A program made the translations under genes and the position numbers. The notes under the pieces were generated by a model. The model made no database searches, was not told the DNA's origin, and worked only from the letters and a program-made list of their open reading frames with translations. From Promethearchaeota archaeon (GTDB lineage Archaea > Asgardarchaeota > Lokiarchaeia > Sigyniarchaeales > SOKP01), in assembly GCA_048940645.1 (NCBI GenBank), contig JBHLOI010000032.1, forward strand, positions 1 through 41,915: 41,915 nt of DNA. Reading direction: 5' to 3'. Positions 19,469-29,548 of this stretch are shown here, in pieces (position 1 is the first letter of the stretch; each line of letters begins with the position of its first letter).

Positions 19469-21025
19469 ATGGGCGATCAAGAATTAGAAAAGAAAGTAAA
19501 AGCTGAAGAATTAATTCAAGCAGAAAATTTAATTAAAGAGAGAAAATTTGATAGAGCTCTTAAACTTTTAAAGATATTTGATAAAAAAAATAGTATCAGC
19601 AATCATGATAAATTATCTTGTTATCATTTAAGGGGTCAACTTTTAATTTGGCAGGGAAAATATGAAGAAGCTATTAAAATATGTGAAGAAATGTATACAT
19701 TTTCCCAATTATATGAATTCAGGCTCAAATCAATAGATTCACTAATTTTACTCTCTCATATTTATACATATCAATATGACGATGATAAAGCTCTTAATTT
19801 AGTTGAGAAAGCGGAAAAATTACTAAAAGCAATCTCCCAAGAGTCACCAGAGCTTATTTTAGGAAGGAAAGCTCATTTGCTCTATTGTCAAGGTTCTATT
19901 TACTTTCATAAAGGCGATCTAACCCGAGCTTTAGATTATCTTGAAAGAAGTTTGACTCTACGAGAAGAAATTGGCTATAAACAAGAAATTGCTGAATCTT
20001 ATTATACTATCGGACGAGTTTTGGCTTATAATGGTAATTTTGATCGTGCTTTAAATAATTTGAAGCGTAGTTTGAAACTTGCAACGGAAAGTAATAGTTT
20101 GTTTTATATTGGGCTGTGTTATAATACTCTTGGAGTAATAGATATATTCAAAGGTAAAGTTAATAGAAGTCTAGCAAATATTGAAAAAGCTCTTGCGATT
20201 TTCAAGAAAATTAAAAACAAAAAGGTTATCAGCGGGCTTCTTAACAATATGGGTGGGATATATATTCTAAAAGGAGAAATGAATCAAGCTTTGGAATATT
20301 TAGAACAGAGTTTAGAATTAGAAAAAAATTTTGATATTGGACACCTAAAATTTAGTACCTTAGATACAGCAATTCAAATTGCTCTTGAAATTGATGATAT
20401 TAACCGAGCACAGAAATACTTTCAAGCCTTAGAAAAGATCAATGATCAAGAAGATAATGAAGTAATAAATTTTGTATACCTATATAATAAGGCTTTAATG
20501 TTAAAAGCGAGTTCGCGTAAAAGTGATCAAACCAAAGCTAAAGAAATACTAGAGGAAATCGTTGAAAAAAAAATTCATTTTGTTTTCGAAATATCAATAA
20601 AAGCCTTACTTAATTTATGTGAGATATTGCTGAGTGAATTAATTGCTACTAGTAATTTAGAATTAATGGATCAAATAAAATTATATATTAATCATATCTT
20701 AGAAATTGCTAAGAATCAAAATTTGCTGTTACTATTGGTCGAATCATACTTATTAGAAGCAAAATTTGATTTAATAACTTTAGATTTAATAAAAGCACAA
20801 GAAACGTTGACCGAAGCTAAAGAAATAGCCGAAAAAAATAGTATGAATCATTTGGTTAAAAGAGTATCGATAGAGCTGAAAAAATTGCAAAATCAAACGA
20901 ATAAATGGTTAAAATTAAAGAACTCAAATAAGTCAATTATAGAACTCGCAAATTTAACACCATTGAAGGAACAAATAAGATATATGCTTCAAAAGCGTGA
21001 GATCTTTAAAAGTTTAAATATATAA
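19469..21025 (+). CDS. tetratricopeptide repeat protein
   Basis: Repeated G..Y...G....AL.Y.E.SL.L TPR units. Confidence 0.88.
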   Translation: MGDQELEKKVKAEELIQAENLIKERKFDRALKLLKIFDKKNSISNHDKLSCYHLRGQLLIWQGKYEEAIKICEEMYTFSQLYEFRLKSIDSLILLSHIYTYQYDDDKALNLVEKAEKLLKAISQESPELILGRKAHLLYCQGSIYFHKGDLTRALDYLERSLTLREEIGYKQEIAESYYTIGRVLAYNGNFDRALNNLKRSLKLATESNSLFYIGLCYNTLGVIDIFKGKVNRSLANIEKALAIFKKIKNKKVISGLLNNMGGIYILKGEMNQALEYLEQSLELEKNFDIGHLKFSTLDTAIQIALEIDDINRAQKYFQALEKINDQEDNEVINFVYLYNKALMLKASSRKSDQTKAKEILEEIVEKKIHFVFEISIKALLNLCEILLSELIATSNLELMDQIKLYINHILEIAKNQNLLLLLVESYLLEAKFDLITLDLIKAQETLTEAKEIAEKNSMNHLVKRVSIELKKLQNQTNKWLKLKNSNKSIIELANLTPLKEQIRYMLQKREIFKSLNI

Positions 21026-21102
21026 TGAAAAAAGAATTTGATATGGCTTTTTGATATTTGTGTTTTAATATTTGTAGTCAAATATAGTATTTTTTTCTAT
21101 AT

Positions 21103-22407
21103 TTAAGTCTTTAATTTTTTTAATTTAGAGACCCCTCTAATAATTCTAATTAGAATTTCTTCTAAATCACCCTTCTCTACAATTAATGGAGGCATAATAA
21201 TTAATGTATCTTTTTTATTTCCACAATAATTCAATAACACCCCCTCTTTTATAATAGAAATCATCGCTAAGAGACTATCTTCCTCTTCATAGAATTCAAC
21301 ACCCCACATCAGACCTCTTCCTCTAACTTCCTTAATTAATCCAGAATTCTCCTGTTTGATTTTCTCAAGACCATCACCAAATATTTTACCCATTTCTTTT
21401 ACATGATTTAGAAATTTTGGATCTGACTGCATTTCTAACATTTTTAAAGCCACAACGCATCCTAAGTCAGCACCTCCCGTCGTAGAAATATGAATAAAAG
21501 GGTCATCTTTGAATACTGCTTTTTCAATGAAAGGTTTATAACTGCACGTTGATAAGGGATAGATTCCCGCGCTCATTCCTTTACTTAAAACCATAAAATC
21601 GGGAATCACTTTTTCATCGGGATATACACCTCCATAAATAGCCCACATATGGCCTGTTCTCCCAAGACCAGCTTGAACCTCATCAATAATCATCATAGCG
21701 CCTGTTTCATTGCATATTTCTCGCACGTCTGAAAAGTAGCCTTTTGATGCAATTAAGACCCCAGCTGTTGCTGGAATTGTCTCGAATATAACGCAGGCTG
21801 TATTTTCTCCTACCACCTTTCTCATGGCTTCTGCATCTCCAAAAGGGACTTGTTTAAATTCAGGTAAACTCCATAAAAAATTTTCTCTGAAACTGGGATC
21901 TCCTGTAGCTAAAGCAAATCCAGTATGACCATGATAACCTCCGATAGTTGAAATGCATTCTTTTCTTTTTGTATATGCTCTTGAAAATTTTATAGCACAA
22001 TCTATAGCTTCACCTCCACTTACCCCAAATGTGGTTTTGCTAATATCTCCGGGTAATAATTCTGCCATTTTTTTACCCAAAAGAGCCCTCTGTTCCGACA
22101 ATAATTGGTGATCACCAAGATCTAATCCAGCATCTAAAGCTTCTTTAAGAGTTCTAACTATCATTGGATTGCAATGCCCCAGATTAAAAACTCCTCCTGA
22201 AGAACGACAGTTAATTATTTCTAATGGAGGATCCGTTTGTTTTGGACCAGCTAAAGTTTTAAGCATAATACCTTTTCTTTCACCAGGGATTACTCCTAAA
22301 CCAGCAGCTTTGAAAAATCGAACTTTTGGGCCATTAACATGTTTCGTATATAACTTGAGTAGTTCTTTTTGAGGTAATGAACCAATATATTTTTTCTTCT
22401 TATCCAT
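21103..22407 (-). CDS. class III PLP-dependent aminotransferase (putrescine/ornithine-like)
   Basis: SGGEAIDCAIK, YHGHT, DEVQAGLGRTG, SKGMSAG; ATG at 22407 avoids overlap with the upstream gene. Confidence 0.92.
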   Translation of the reverse strand: MDKKKKYIGSLPQKELLKLYTKHVNGPKVRFFKAAGLGVIPGERKGIMLKTLAGPKQTDPPLEIINCRSSGGVFNLGHCNPMIVRTLKEALDAGLDLGDHQLLSEQRALLGKKMAELLPGDISKTTFGVSGGEAIDCAIKFSRAYTKRKECISTIGGYHGHTGFALATGDPSFRENFLWSLPEFKQVPFGDAEAMRKVVGENTACVIFETIPATAGVLIASKGYFSDVREICNETGAMMIIDEVQAGLGRTGHMWAIYGGVYPDEKVIPDFMVLSKGMSAGIYPLSTCSYKPFIEKAVFKDDPFIHISTTGGADLGCVVALKMLEMQSDPKFLNHVKEMGKIFGDGLEKIKQENSGLIKEVRGRGLMWGVEFYEEEDSLLAMISIIKEGVLLNYCGNKKDTLIIMPPLIVEKGDLEEILIRIIRGVSKLKKLKT

Positions 22408-22486
22408 AATTTTATTAATAAATTTCAATACTAAAAAAAGTTTAAGAACGAATATAATTTTTAAAAAAAAAAGAATAAAAATCTTT

Positions 22487-23365
22487 TCAGAATTCGTAAC
22501 CACACTTTTTACAAACGTGTTTCTTAGCATACATAGGAATATGACCTACATACGATAAGACTTTTGATTTATCTTCTACAGATTTAATATTCGCACCAAC
22601 TGCTCCGCACATCGGACAAGTAATCCTTTCCTCACTAGCAAAACCTCCCGCACCTATCTCAGGTGGTTTCAATTCTTGAAGTTCACCTTCAACCTCCTCT
22701 ATATGAGCAGTTTGAGCTTGAACTAATTTATCCTTTTCTACCAAGCCACTTGAAAGTTCTTGAATTTGATTATCTTTCTGTAGTAGCATATCATTTAATT
22801 CACTTAATTGCCCGTTTAAATTATTGTTTTCTTCTTGAAGTGCTGTAAGCTTAGAATTTAATTCTTGAACTTCCGATGTTAACTGATTAATTTGATCTTG
22901 ACTCGATGTTCCACTATTTTGAGCCTCAGTTAATTGATTTTCTAGTTCAGCAATTCTAGATTTAGCAGAATCTAATTCAGATTGTATTTCTTCCAACTCA
23001 CTTACTTTTGAGCTGACATTACTAAGATTAGATTCTAAATTTTCTTTTTCAGAAGTCAAATTGTTGATTGTGTCATCTTTTTCTTTACTAAGAGCTCGTT
23101 CATTTTCTAATGTTGCTTTTTTTTCATTCAATTCAGAATTTGTATTATCTAATGTTTCTTTAGTCTTATTAAGCTCATTAACAGTTTTTTCAAGAGCATC
23201 TTTAGTTGAATTGAGATCGGTTTGAGTACGGCTTAATTCATTTTTATTTTCACTTAATTGTTTTTCTAAATCATTAACTTTTGCTCTTAAATCTAATAAG
23301 AAGCGTCCTTCAACTTTTTGACCTTTATCAGGATGCTCTTCAGCTTTAGCCCAATCTATTGTCAC
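22487..23365 (-). CDS. long coiled-coil protein with C-terminal zinc ribbon
   Basis: About 200 aa of heptad repeats; CPMC...CKKCGYEF. Confidence 0.85.
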   Translation of the reverse strand: MTIDWAKAEEHPDKGQKVEGRFLLDLRAKVNDLEKQLSENKNELSRTQTDLNSTKDALEKTVNELNKTKETLDNTNSELNEKKATLENERALSKEKDDTINNLTSEKENLESNLSNVSSKVSELEEIQSELDSAKSRIAELENQLTEAQNSGTSSQDQINQLTSEVQELNSKLTALQEENNNLNGQLSELNDMLLQKDNQIQELSSGLVEKDKLVQAQTAHIEEVEGELQELKPPEIGAGGFASEERITCPMCGAVGANIKSVEDKSKVLSYVGHIPMYAKKHVCKKCGYEF

Positions 23366-23582
23366 TCTAATTCACCAAATCTTAATTTTTGAATTTTTTT
23401 TATTATACAATTTTTTAGACTTTAAGTATTATATAAAGTATCTATTTTTTATTTATTTCTTTTATGAGGTATTAAATATTTAAATTATGGTATATGGAAA
23501 ATATAACTTGAATATAAAATATTATTTATCTTGTGGTAACTATAATATTATAAACTATCCTTTTAGAAACAATGTGAAAAAA

Positions 23583-24425
23583 ATGGAAGAGGGGTTCGAA
23601 ATTAAGAATGAAATTGAATTCTTATCAACTTCAGGAGTGTATAAAACTCCATTTACGTTGATTATTATTTTGCAATTATTTATAGGAGGGATTGTTTTAA
23701 TTTTAGTAAATCTCTGGTTTGTTAATAGCCTTTATTATCTCCTAACAGGATCAGAGTTTTATTCGCTTGAACCAACACCGGCTTGGTATTACTGGTTATT
23801 AGTTCCTTTGAACATATATGGAAATATTTTTCTGTTTACGTTTACCGTAATTTTGTTTTCAGCAGTAATTTTTAAAATATTAAATAAGTTATTGCCACCT
23901 CAAGAAGGTATTTTTGAAAGAAGGAGTAAACAATGGAAGTATACGCACAGAAAATTTTGGACTGCTTATTTTCCATTATGGTTAGCTAGAGCTTTACCCT
24001 TACCATGGATGGACATAATTTTTTATCGATTATTTGGCATTAAGGTAGGAAAGAATGTAGTGTTATATGAAGGATATGTGGATCCATTGTTTGTTGAAAT
24101 AGGAAACTTTACGATGACTTCTTTAAATATATGCATTTTTTCACACCTAATCTATCATGATAAAATACTTATTAAAAGAGTAAAAATAGGAGAGGCGTGC
24201 GTTGTAGGCCCGCACACTATTGTAGCTCCAGGGACAGTTATGCAAGATAGAGCTATACTTGGAGTAAATAGTTATACGTGGATAGGACAGGAATTAGAAA
24301 GTGATTTAATTCACGTTGGTACTCCTGCAAGTATTAAACTTCCAATTCAAAGTTTGGAAGATTCTCGGGAGAAAGCTGAAAAAATAAAGGAGAAGAAAAT
24401 TAATTCAAATAAGGAGGAGGATTAA
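23583..24425 (+). CDS. membrane protein with left-handed beta-helix (hexapeptide repeat, acyltransferase-like) domain
   Basis: Two N-terminal TM helices; FGIKVGKNV, VEIGNFT, VKIGEACVVG, VGTPA; alternative start at 23487. Confidence 0.8.
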   Translation: MEEGFEIKNEIEFLSTSGVYKTPFTLIIILQLFIGGIVLILVNLWFVNSLYYLLTGSEFYSLEPTPAWYYWLLVPLNIYGNIFLFTFTVILFSAVIFKILNKLLPPQEGIFERRSKQWKYTHRKFWTAYFPLWLARALPLPWMDIIFYRLFGIKVGKNVVLYEGYVDPLFVEIGNFTMTSLNICIFSHLIYHDKILIKRVKIGEACVVGPHTIVAPGTVMQDRAILGVNSYTWIGQELESDLIHVGTPASIKLPIQSLEDSREKAEKIKEKKINSNKEED

Positions 24426-24428
24426 TTA

Positions 24429-25166
24429 ATGTTTCAACCTGCTAGTCTAAAAGGGGACTCACCAACTCCCATTGATGAGAGGATTAGAAATAAATATTTA
24501 ATCTTATACATTCTAATAATTATCGCAAGTTTTTTTCCATGTTCTATTTTTGAATATTATTATTTTATTCATATTTGGGGAAATGGATTATTTTTAATCT
24601 TTTTCTTATTATTACCATTTAATTTCTTACTTTTAATCTACTTGCTTCAATTCAGTGCAATTTTATTTTCCGGTCTTTTTTTGAGATTGGTTAATTTATT
24701 ACATTATCCAAAAGAAGGTTTTTTTAAGAGGGATATAAAAGATAAAGATTATCTTTATTGGAACATAAGAAACATCATTAAAAAGTGGCCATTATATATA
24801 ACAGCAACAAATCCTTTTCCTTGGTTTAAGAATAGATTTACACTTAGATTTTTTGGAGTAAAAATTGGGAGAAAAGTTATATGTGATAATAGTTGGATAT
24901 CATCTGAATTTGTATCTATTGGTAAAAATGTAATAATTGGCATGAATTCAACAATTATTACTTTTGGCATTGAACAAGATCACTTTATTCTTAAAAAAAT
25001 CGTAGTTGAAGATAATGTTTTGATTGGAGCGAAATGTGTGCTTTTACCTGGCACACTAATTAAAAATAATGCTAAATTATCAGCACATTCTTATACAAAT
25101 TATGATGATGTTTTAGAAGAAAATTTAATTTATTCTGGACATCCTGCAAAATTGAAAAAACATTAA
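24429..25166 (+). CDS. membrane protein with hexapeptide-repeat acyltransferase-like domain (paralog of the previous gene)
   Basis: Two TM helices; PKEG, FGVKIGRKV, VSIGKNVIIG, VLIGAKCVLLPG, SGHPA. Confidence 0.8.
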   Translation: MFQPASLKGDSPTPIDERIRNKYLILYILIIIASFFPCSIFEYYYFIHIWGNGLFLIFFLLLPFNFLLLIYLLQFSAILFSGLFLRLVNLLHYPKEGFFKRDIKDKDYLYWNIRNIIKKWPLYITATNPFPWFKNRFTLRFFGVKIGRKVICDNSWISSEFVSIGKNVIIGMNSTIITFGIEQDHFILKKIVVEDNVLIGAKCVLLPGTLIKNNAKLSAHSYTNYDDVLEENLIYSGHPAKLKKH

Positions 25167-26768
25167 ATGATTATGATAACGGAAAAAAGTTTAAAGGTGG
25201 AAACTTCAGAGGAGATTAATAAAAAAAAGAGAATTGTAATCGTTTCAGACACTCATATAACCCATTGGGAAGGAGCTTTTAATCTGCATGCCTATAATGT
25301 AGGAATTGAACAAATTAATAACATCAAAGATGTATCGCTTTTCCTCCATTTAGGTGATATAACCCATACGGGGACTTTATTAGAGTATGAGTACGCTGTG
25401 GAACAATTCAAGAAATTTAGACCTATTTCAGACGCTCCGTTAATGTTTATAATAGGTAACCATGATAGCCTTAATGTTGGATACTTATTATTCGAGGAAA
25501 TGATTGGAAGAAGGCATTATGAGTACGAGGATGAAGAAATATATGTTATTGGAATAGACAGCACGAAACCAGATCTACCGGGGGGCATAATCCATCATAA
25601 CATTCGAGAAACAGTTCGAAAAAGATTAGTAGCACCAGAAAGGGAAGATAAATTCAAAATTGTCTGTTTTCACCACCAGCTAATTCCGATACCTCATACA
25701 GGAAAAGAAAGATCAGCCATTGATGACTCAGGAGATATGCTAAAAATGTTATTAGATGCAAAAGCAGATCTAGTTTTAAATGGTCATAGGCATATTGCTA
25801 ATTTATATACCGTTAGTAGTAGTGAAAAAGATTTATTAATATTCAATGCGGGAACTTTTAGTTGTAATAAAACAAGATATCGTGATATGTTTTCCTATTC
25901 TGTTATTGATATAGAAGAAAATAAAATTCGTTTTAAGATAATACCTGTTTTAAATTCTAATTTTAAAAAAGAAATTTTTAGGGAGATCAATTATTACGTT
26001 CCATTAGAGCTCGAAAGGAAAAAAAAACCTCTTTGTAGGTTTATACAATTATCAGATTCTCTAGTTTCAGAAAATTCTCGAGAGAATCCAAATGATTTTG
26101 ATAGAGCCATTAAAAGTATAAATAAACTAAACAATGTCGATTTAGTAATCCACACTGGAAATTTAACTCAAAATAGCTTTAAGGAAGAATTTATAATTGC
26201 AAAAGAGAAATTAAGTCAATTAAACCATCCATATCTAGTAGTCCCAGGGTATACAGACTCAAAACCTCCAGCATGGGAATATTGGAGTCAATATATAGGT
26301 GAATTTGATCCTTTATACGAAAATGATAAATTATATTTTCAGGGACTTAATTCAACAAGAATAGATTCTACAGATGGTTTTATTGGACGAAAGCGATTAA
26401 ATAATTTTGTTGAGAAAGTACTATCTTTAAGCCATGAGAAAATTTTTGGAGTATGTTGTTTTCATACGTTAATTCCTACTCCGTTAAGTGTATGGAGAAC
26501 TGAATTGAGCGACTCAGGAGATGTTTTATCACAGTTTGCGCGTTCACAGATAGATTTAGTTTTAAACAGTTCTCCTAGCATATCATTTAACGTGAAAATT
26601 GAGAATACAGTATTTTCCAATGGGGGTAATATTGGCTCAAAGTATTTTGATCCTGTCTTTGTCGAAATAGAAATCTATGAAAAAGGATTAGTTGTATTAA
26701 AAGAACATAATTTAAGAACTGGAGAAATTAAGTTAATAGGAAATTATTATATTTCAGTTATAATTTGA
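25167..26768 (+). CDS. tandem calcineurin-like metallophosphoesterase (CpdA/Icc-like)
   Basis: Domain 1 has DTH, GDITH, GNHD, HH and GHRH; domain 2 is a degenerate copy. Confidence 0.88.
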   Translation: MIMITEKSLKVETSEEINKKKRIVIVSDTHITHWEGAFNLHAYNVGIEQINNIKDVSLFLHLGDITHTGTLLEYEYAVEQFKKFRPISDAPLMFIIGNHDSLNVGYLLFEEMIGRRHYEYEDEEIYVIGIDSTKPDLPGGIIHHNIRETVRKRLVAPEREDKFKIVCFHHQLIPIPHTGKERSAIDDSGDMLKMLLDAKADLVLNGHRHIANLYTVSSSEKDLLIFNAGTFSCNKTRYRDMFSYSVIDIEENKIRFKIIPVLNSNFKKEIFREINYYVPLELERKKKPLCRFIQLSDSLVSENSRENPNDFDRAIKSINKLNNVDLVIHTGNLTQNSFKEEFIIAKEKLSQLNHPYLVVPGYTDSKPPAWEYWSQYIGEFDPLYENDKLYFQGLNSTRIDSTDGFIGRKRLNNFVEKVLSLSHEKIFGVCCFHTLIPTPLSVWRTELSDSGDVLSQFARSQIDLVLNSSPSISFNVKIENTVFSNGGNIGSKYFDPVFVEIEIYEKGLVVLKEHNLRTGEIKLIGNYYISVII

Positions 26769-26836
26769 AATTCGTTAACATCTGCTATTTCTCAAATCAG
26801 AATTTATAAAGATTAGTAGGAATTTATTATCATATA

Positions 26837-28057
26837 ATGGAAAATTCATATATTCTAAAACAATATAACTTGATTCTTCTTCGTTATGGGGAAATTTGGC
26901 TAAAATCACAGAAAGTAAAGATACGAATGCTAAAAATTTTAATAAATAACATTAAAAAAATGTTAAAAAAGAGAAATATAAGCTTCCATAAACATCAATT
27001 AAGTAAGGATTCTTCTCGTGTTCTCTTTTTCTTCAAAAATGAGGATATACCCAGAGCACTAGAAGTTTTAAAAAATGTGTTTGGAATTTATTCAGCTAGT
27101 CCTGCTTTACGAACATCGAATCAACTGGAAAATATATGTGAAAGAGTTATCGAAGTAGGTAGATATATATTGAAAAAAGATGATACATTCGCTATACGAG
27201 TTAAAAGGTCTGGGAAACATGATTATACATCTATGGACGTGGCAAGAATTGTTGGAAAAACAATTCTTGATACTTTTTCGAATTTGGAGTTAAAAGTAAA
27301 TTTAAGAGCTCCCAAAAAAGTTATTTTTGTAGAAATTAGAGATGAATTCTCATATATATTTACTGACATCATCAAAAGTAATTGGGGGGGTTTACCTATT
27401 GAAGATCAAAAAAAGGTCGTAGTAATGGATATTGGTAGGTTAAACGATCTAATTTCTAGTTTTCTAGTAATGAAAAGAGGCTGTGTAATTTATCCAATTT
27501 TATTTGAAATAACGTATAATAAGAAGACTTTTAATATTTGGAAATCAAATTGGAAAGAGCTAGCCCATTATATTCCATTTTTCAAATTTTCATTAAAAAA
27601 AATCAATATTGTTAATATTATCCAATTTGTGGAAAGAAAAATTCAAAATAAGAAGTATCTTTGTGGAATTTGTAGGTTAATAAGACTTGAAATTTTATCA
27701 AAATTAATAGAGACTCTAAGTTCTAATACTAATATAAAAATCAGAGCCATAATTGACGGAGTTAGTTTGAATAATTCAACACTATGTCCTGATTACGTTG
27801 ATTTTAATTCAATAGCATTAAATTATATGTTTTCAATTTATCCAATTTTTACTCCTATAATTGGATTAGAATCGAATGAAATTGATGATTTAAGCGGAAA
27901 AATTTCACCTAATCTAAAAGAATTTGACTATTGTGATTTTAAACCTAAAAATCAAGAATTTAATTTAAAAAGATTAAAAGAACTATATCAATCTTTAGAA
28001 TTAAGTGATTTAATTCAGCAAAATTTTCAAAATATCGAGCATATTAAAATTTTTTAA
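26837..28057 (+). CDS. thiI: ThiI-like THUMP-domain tRNA sulfurtransferase (degenerate PP-loop)
   Basis: LRYGEIWLKS, VFGI, TFAIRVKRSGKH THUMP domain, GGLP, MKRGC, CGIC; SGGxDS absent. Confidence 0.75.
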   Translation: MENSYILKQYNLILLRYGEIWLKSQKVKIRMLKILINNIKKMLKKRNISFHKHQLSKDSSRVLFFFKNEDIPRALEVLKNVFGIYSASPALRTSNQLENICERVIEVGRYILKKDDTFAIRVKRSGKHDYTSMDVARIVGKTILDTFSNLELKVNLRAPKKVIFVEIRDEFSYIFTDIIKSNWGGLPIEDQKKVVVMDIGRLNDLISSFLVMKRGCVIYPILFEITYNKKTFNIWKSNWKELAHYIPFFKFSLKKINIVNIIQFVERKIQNKKYLCGICRLIRLEILSKLIETLSSNTNIKIRAIIDGVSLNNSTLCPDYVDFNSIALNYMFSIYPIFTPIIGLESNEIDDLSGKISPNLKEFDYCDFKPKNQEFNLKRLKELYQSLELSDLIQQNFQNIEHIKIF

Positions 28058-28168
28058 CATATTTACCTTTTATTAGAAAAAATATTAAAAATGAATTAAC
28101 TTTTATAAGAAATAGAATAAACAATAATGAAATGAGCATTTCTTACCAAGAAAAGCTGGTGAAATTTT

Positions 28169-28450
28169 ATGGCTAAAGTTACTTTAAATTTATTGAACAT
28201 GTTTGCCTTAAAAATTAAAAAGAACACTATTGAATATGAAGGTAAAACTGTCGGTGATATAATTTCTCAATTTTTAGAGGAATATAGAGAAAAATTAGAC
28301 AGAAGCATCCTAAGTAAAAATAAAAAGAAGCTTAATCCTATAATGGTGATACTTCTTAATGGTAGAAATATTACATACCTGAAAAATTATAAAACTATAT
28401 TAAATGATGGAGATAAACTTTATTTATCCTTTCCCATCTCCGGAGGTTAA
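28169..28450 (+). CDS. MoaD/ThiS/SAMP ubiquitin-like sulfur carrier
   Basis: 93 aa beta-grasp pattern; ILLNGRNI, LNDGD, C-terminal PISGG. Confidence 0.92.
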   Translation: MAKVTLNLLNMFALKIKKNTIEYEGKTVGDIISQFLEEYREKLDRSILSKNKKKLNPIMVILLNGRNITYLKNYKTILNDGDKLYLSFPISGG

Positions 28451-28610
28451 TTTTTTAAAACTTACCTCTATTTAGACTATTTCAAAAAAAAATCTAATTT
28501 TTCATAGGAAAATCAAATAAATATAATAAGACCAATTACAATTATTATTTTAAAGTAAATATTGGTAGACTATATTAAATTTCGAAAAAAAAGCAATTTG
28601 GTGGGTATTT

Positions 28611-29546
28611 ATGCCCCGCAAAGTTAGTTTTATGGGACTTGATAATGCCGGAAAAACATCTATAATTACTGCAATTACAAAGAGATTTGGTTTTGAAGAA
28701 GAAATATCAAAGCTAATGCCAACAAGGAAAATAGCACGAGATGCTTTTAAATTTTTAGGGATAGAGTTCATAAGGATGGATTTTGGTGGCCAATTTCAGT
28801 ATAGAGAAGAGTATTTAAGGAAACCAACTAAATATATTAGTGGATCTGATATTATCTTTTATGTCATTGATGCACAAGATTTCGATCGTTATGTAGAATC
28901 GATAGATTATTTGGATCAGATTTTATTGTTTCTTAAAGAAGAACAGGAGTATCCACCAATTTGTGTTTTATTCCATAAATTCGATCCCCAATTAATTAAT
29001 GATAAAGTAATTAATTCAAGGATTTTAACTTTGAAGCAAGCTTTGACAAGATATAGTCTTGATTTCAATATATTTTTCTTTGAAACAACTATTTTTGATA
29101 TAAAATCGATAATGGATGCATTTTCGAGTGGACTTTCCTTATTATTTGAAAAAATGGAAATGGTTTCAAATTTATTTTCTGAAATAAGTAAAAATTATAA
29201 TGCTATTTTAATTGCCCTATTTGATGTTAAAGGTATAACCATAGGTGAATATTATCGCCCTCATTTGCAGTTAAGAGAAAAAATAAGAATCTATGATAAG
29301 TATCTTGAAGCACAAAAGAAAATTATGGCCGAAAATAGAACCCTATTAGAATTCTCTGATAAATTTAATAATGGAGATAGATATTCTGGAATAGTCGAGG
29401 TGTTAAAATTTGGAAAGATGGATTTTTATTTATTGTTTATAATCGAAGAGGATGAATATAATTTGAACAAAACAATAGAATTATTAGATAAAATTGAAGC
29501 CGCTAGACCCCAAATGAAAAATATTATTATGCAAATTATACAATAA
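28611..29546 (+). CDS. small GTPase, Rag/Gtr-like, with C-terminal roadblock-like domain
   Basis: G1 GLDNAGKT, G2 PT, G3 DFGGQ, G4 HKFD, G5 ETTI; C-terminal ILIALFDVKGITIGE roadblock-type strands. Confidence 0.85.
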   Translation: MPRKVSFMGLDNAGKTSIITAITKRFGFEEEISKLMPTRKIARDAFKFLGIEFIRMDFGGQFQYREEYLRKPTKYISGSDIIFYVIDAQDFDRYVESIDYLDQILLFLKEEQEYPPICVLFHKFDPQLINDKVINSRILTLKQALTRYSLDFNIFFFETTIFDIKSIMDAFSSGLSLLFEKMEMVSNLFSEISKNYNAILIALFDVKGITIGEYYRPHLQLREKIRIYDKYLEAQKKIMAENRTLLEFSDKFNNGDRYSGIVEVLKFGKMDFYLLFIIEEDEYNLNKTIELLDKIEAARPQMKNIIMQIIQ

Positions 29547-29548
29547 CA

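Noticed and set aside
22408-22530. N-terminal extension of the aminotransferase ORF
   Set aside because: It overlaps the upstream gene and is low-complexity AT-rich sequence; ATG 22407 fits the family better
22487-23365. SMC annotation for the coiled-coil protein
   Set aside because: No Walker A/B, signature motif or hinge
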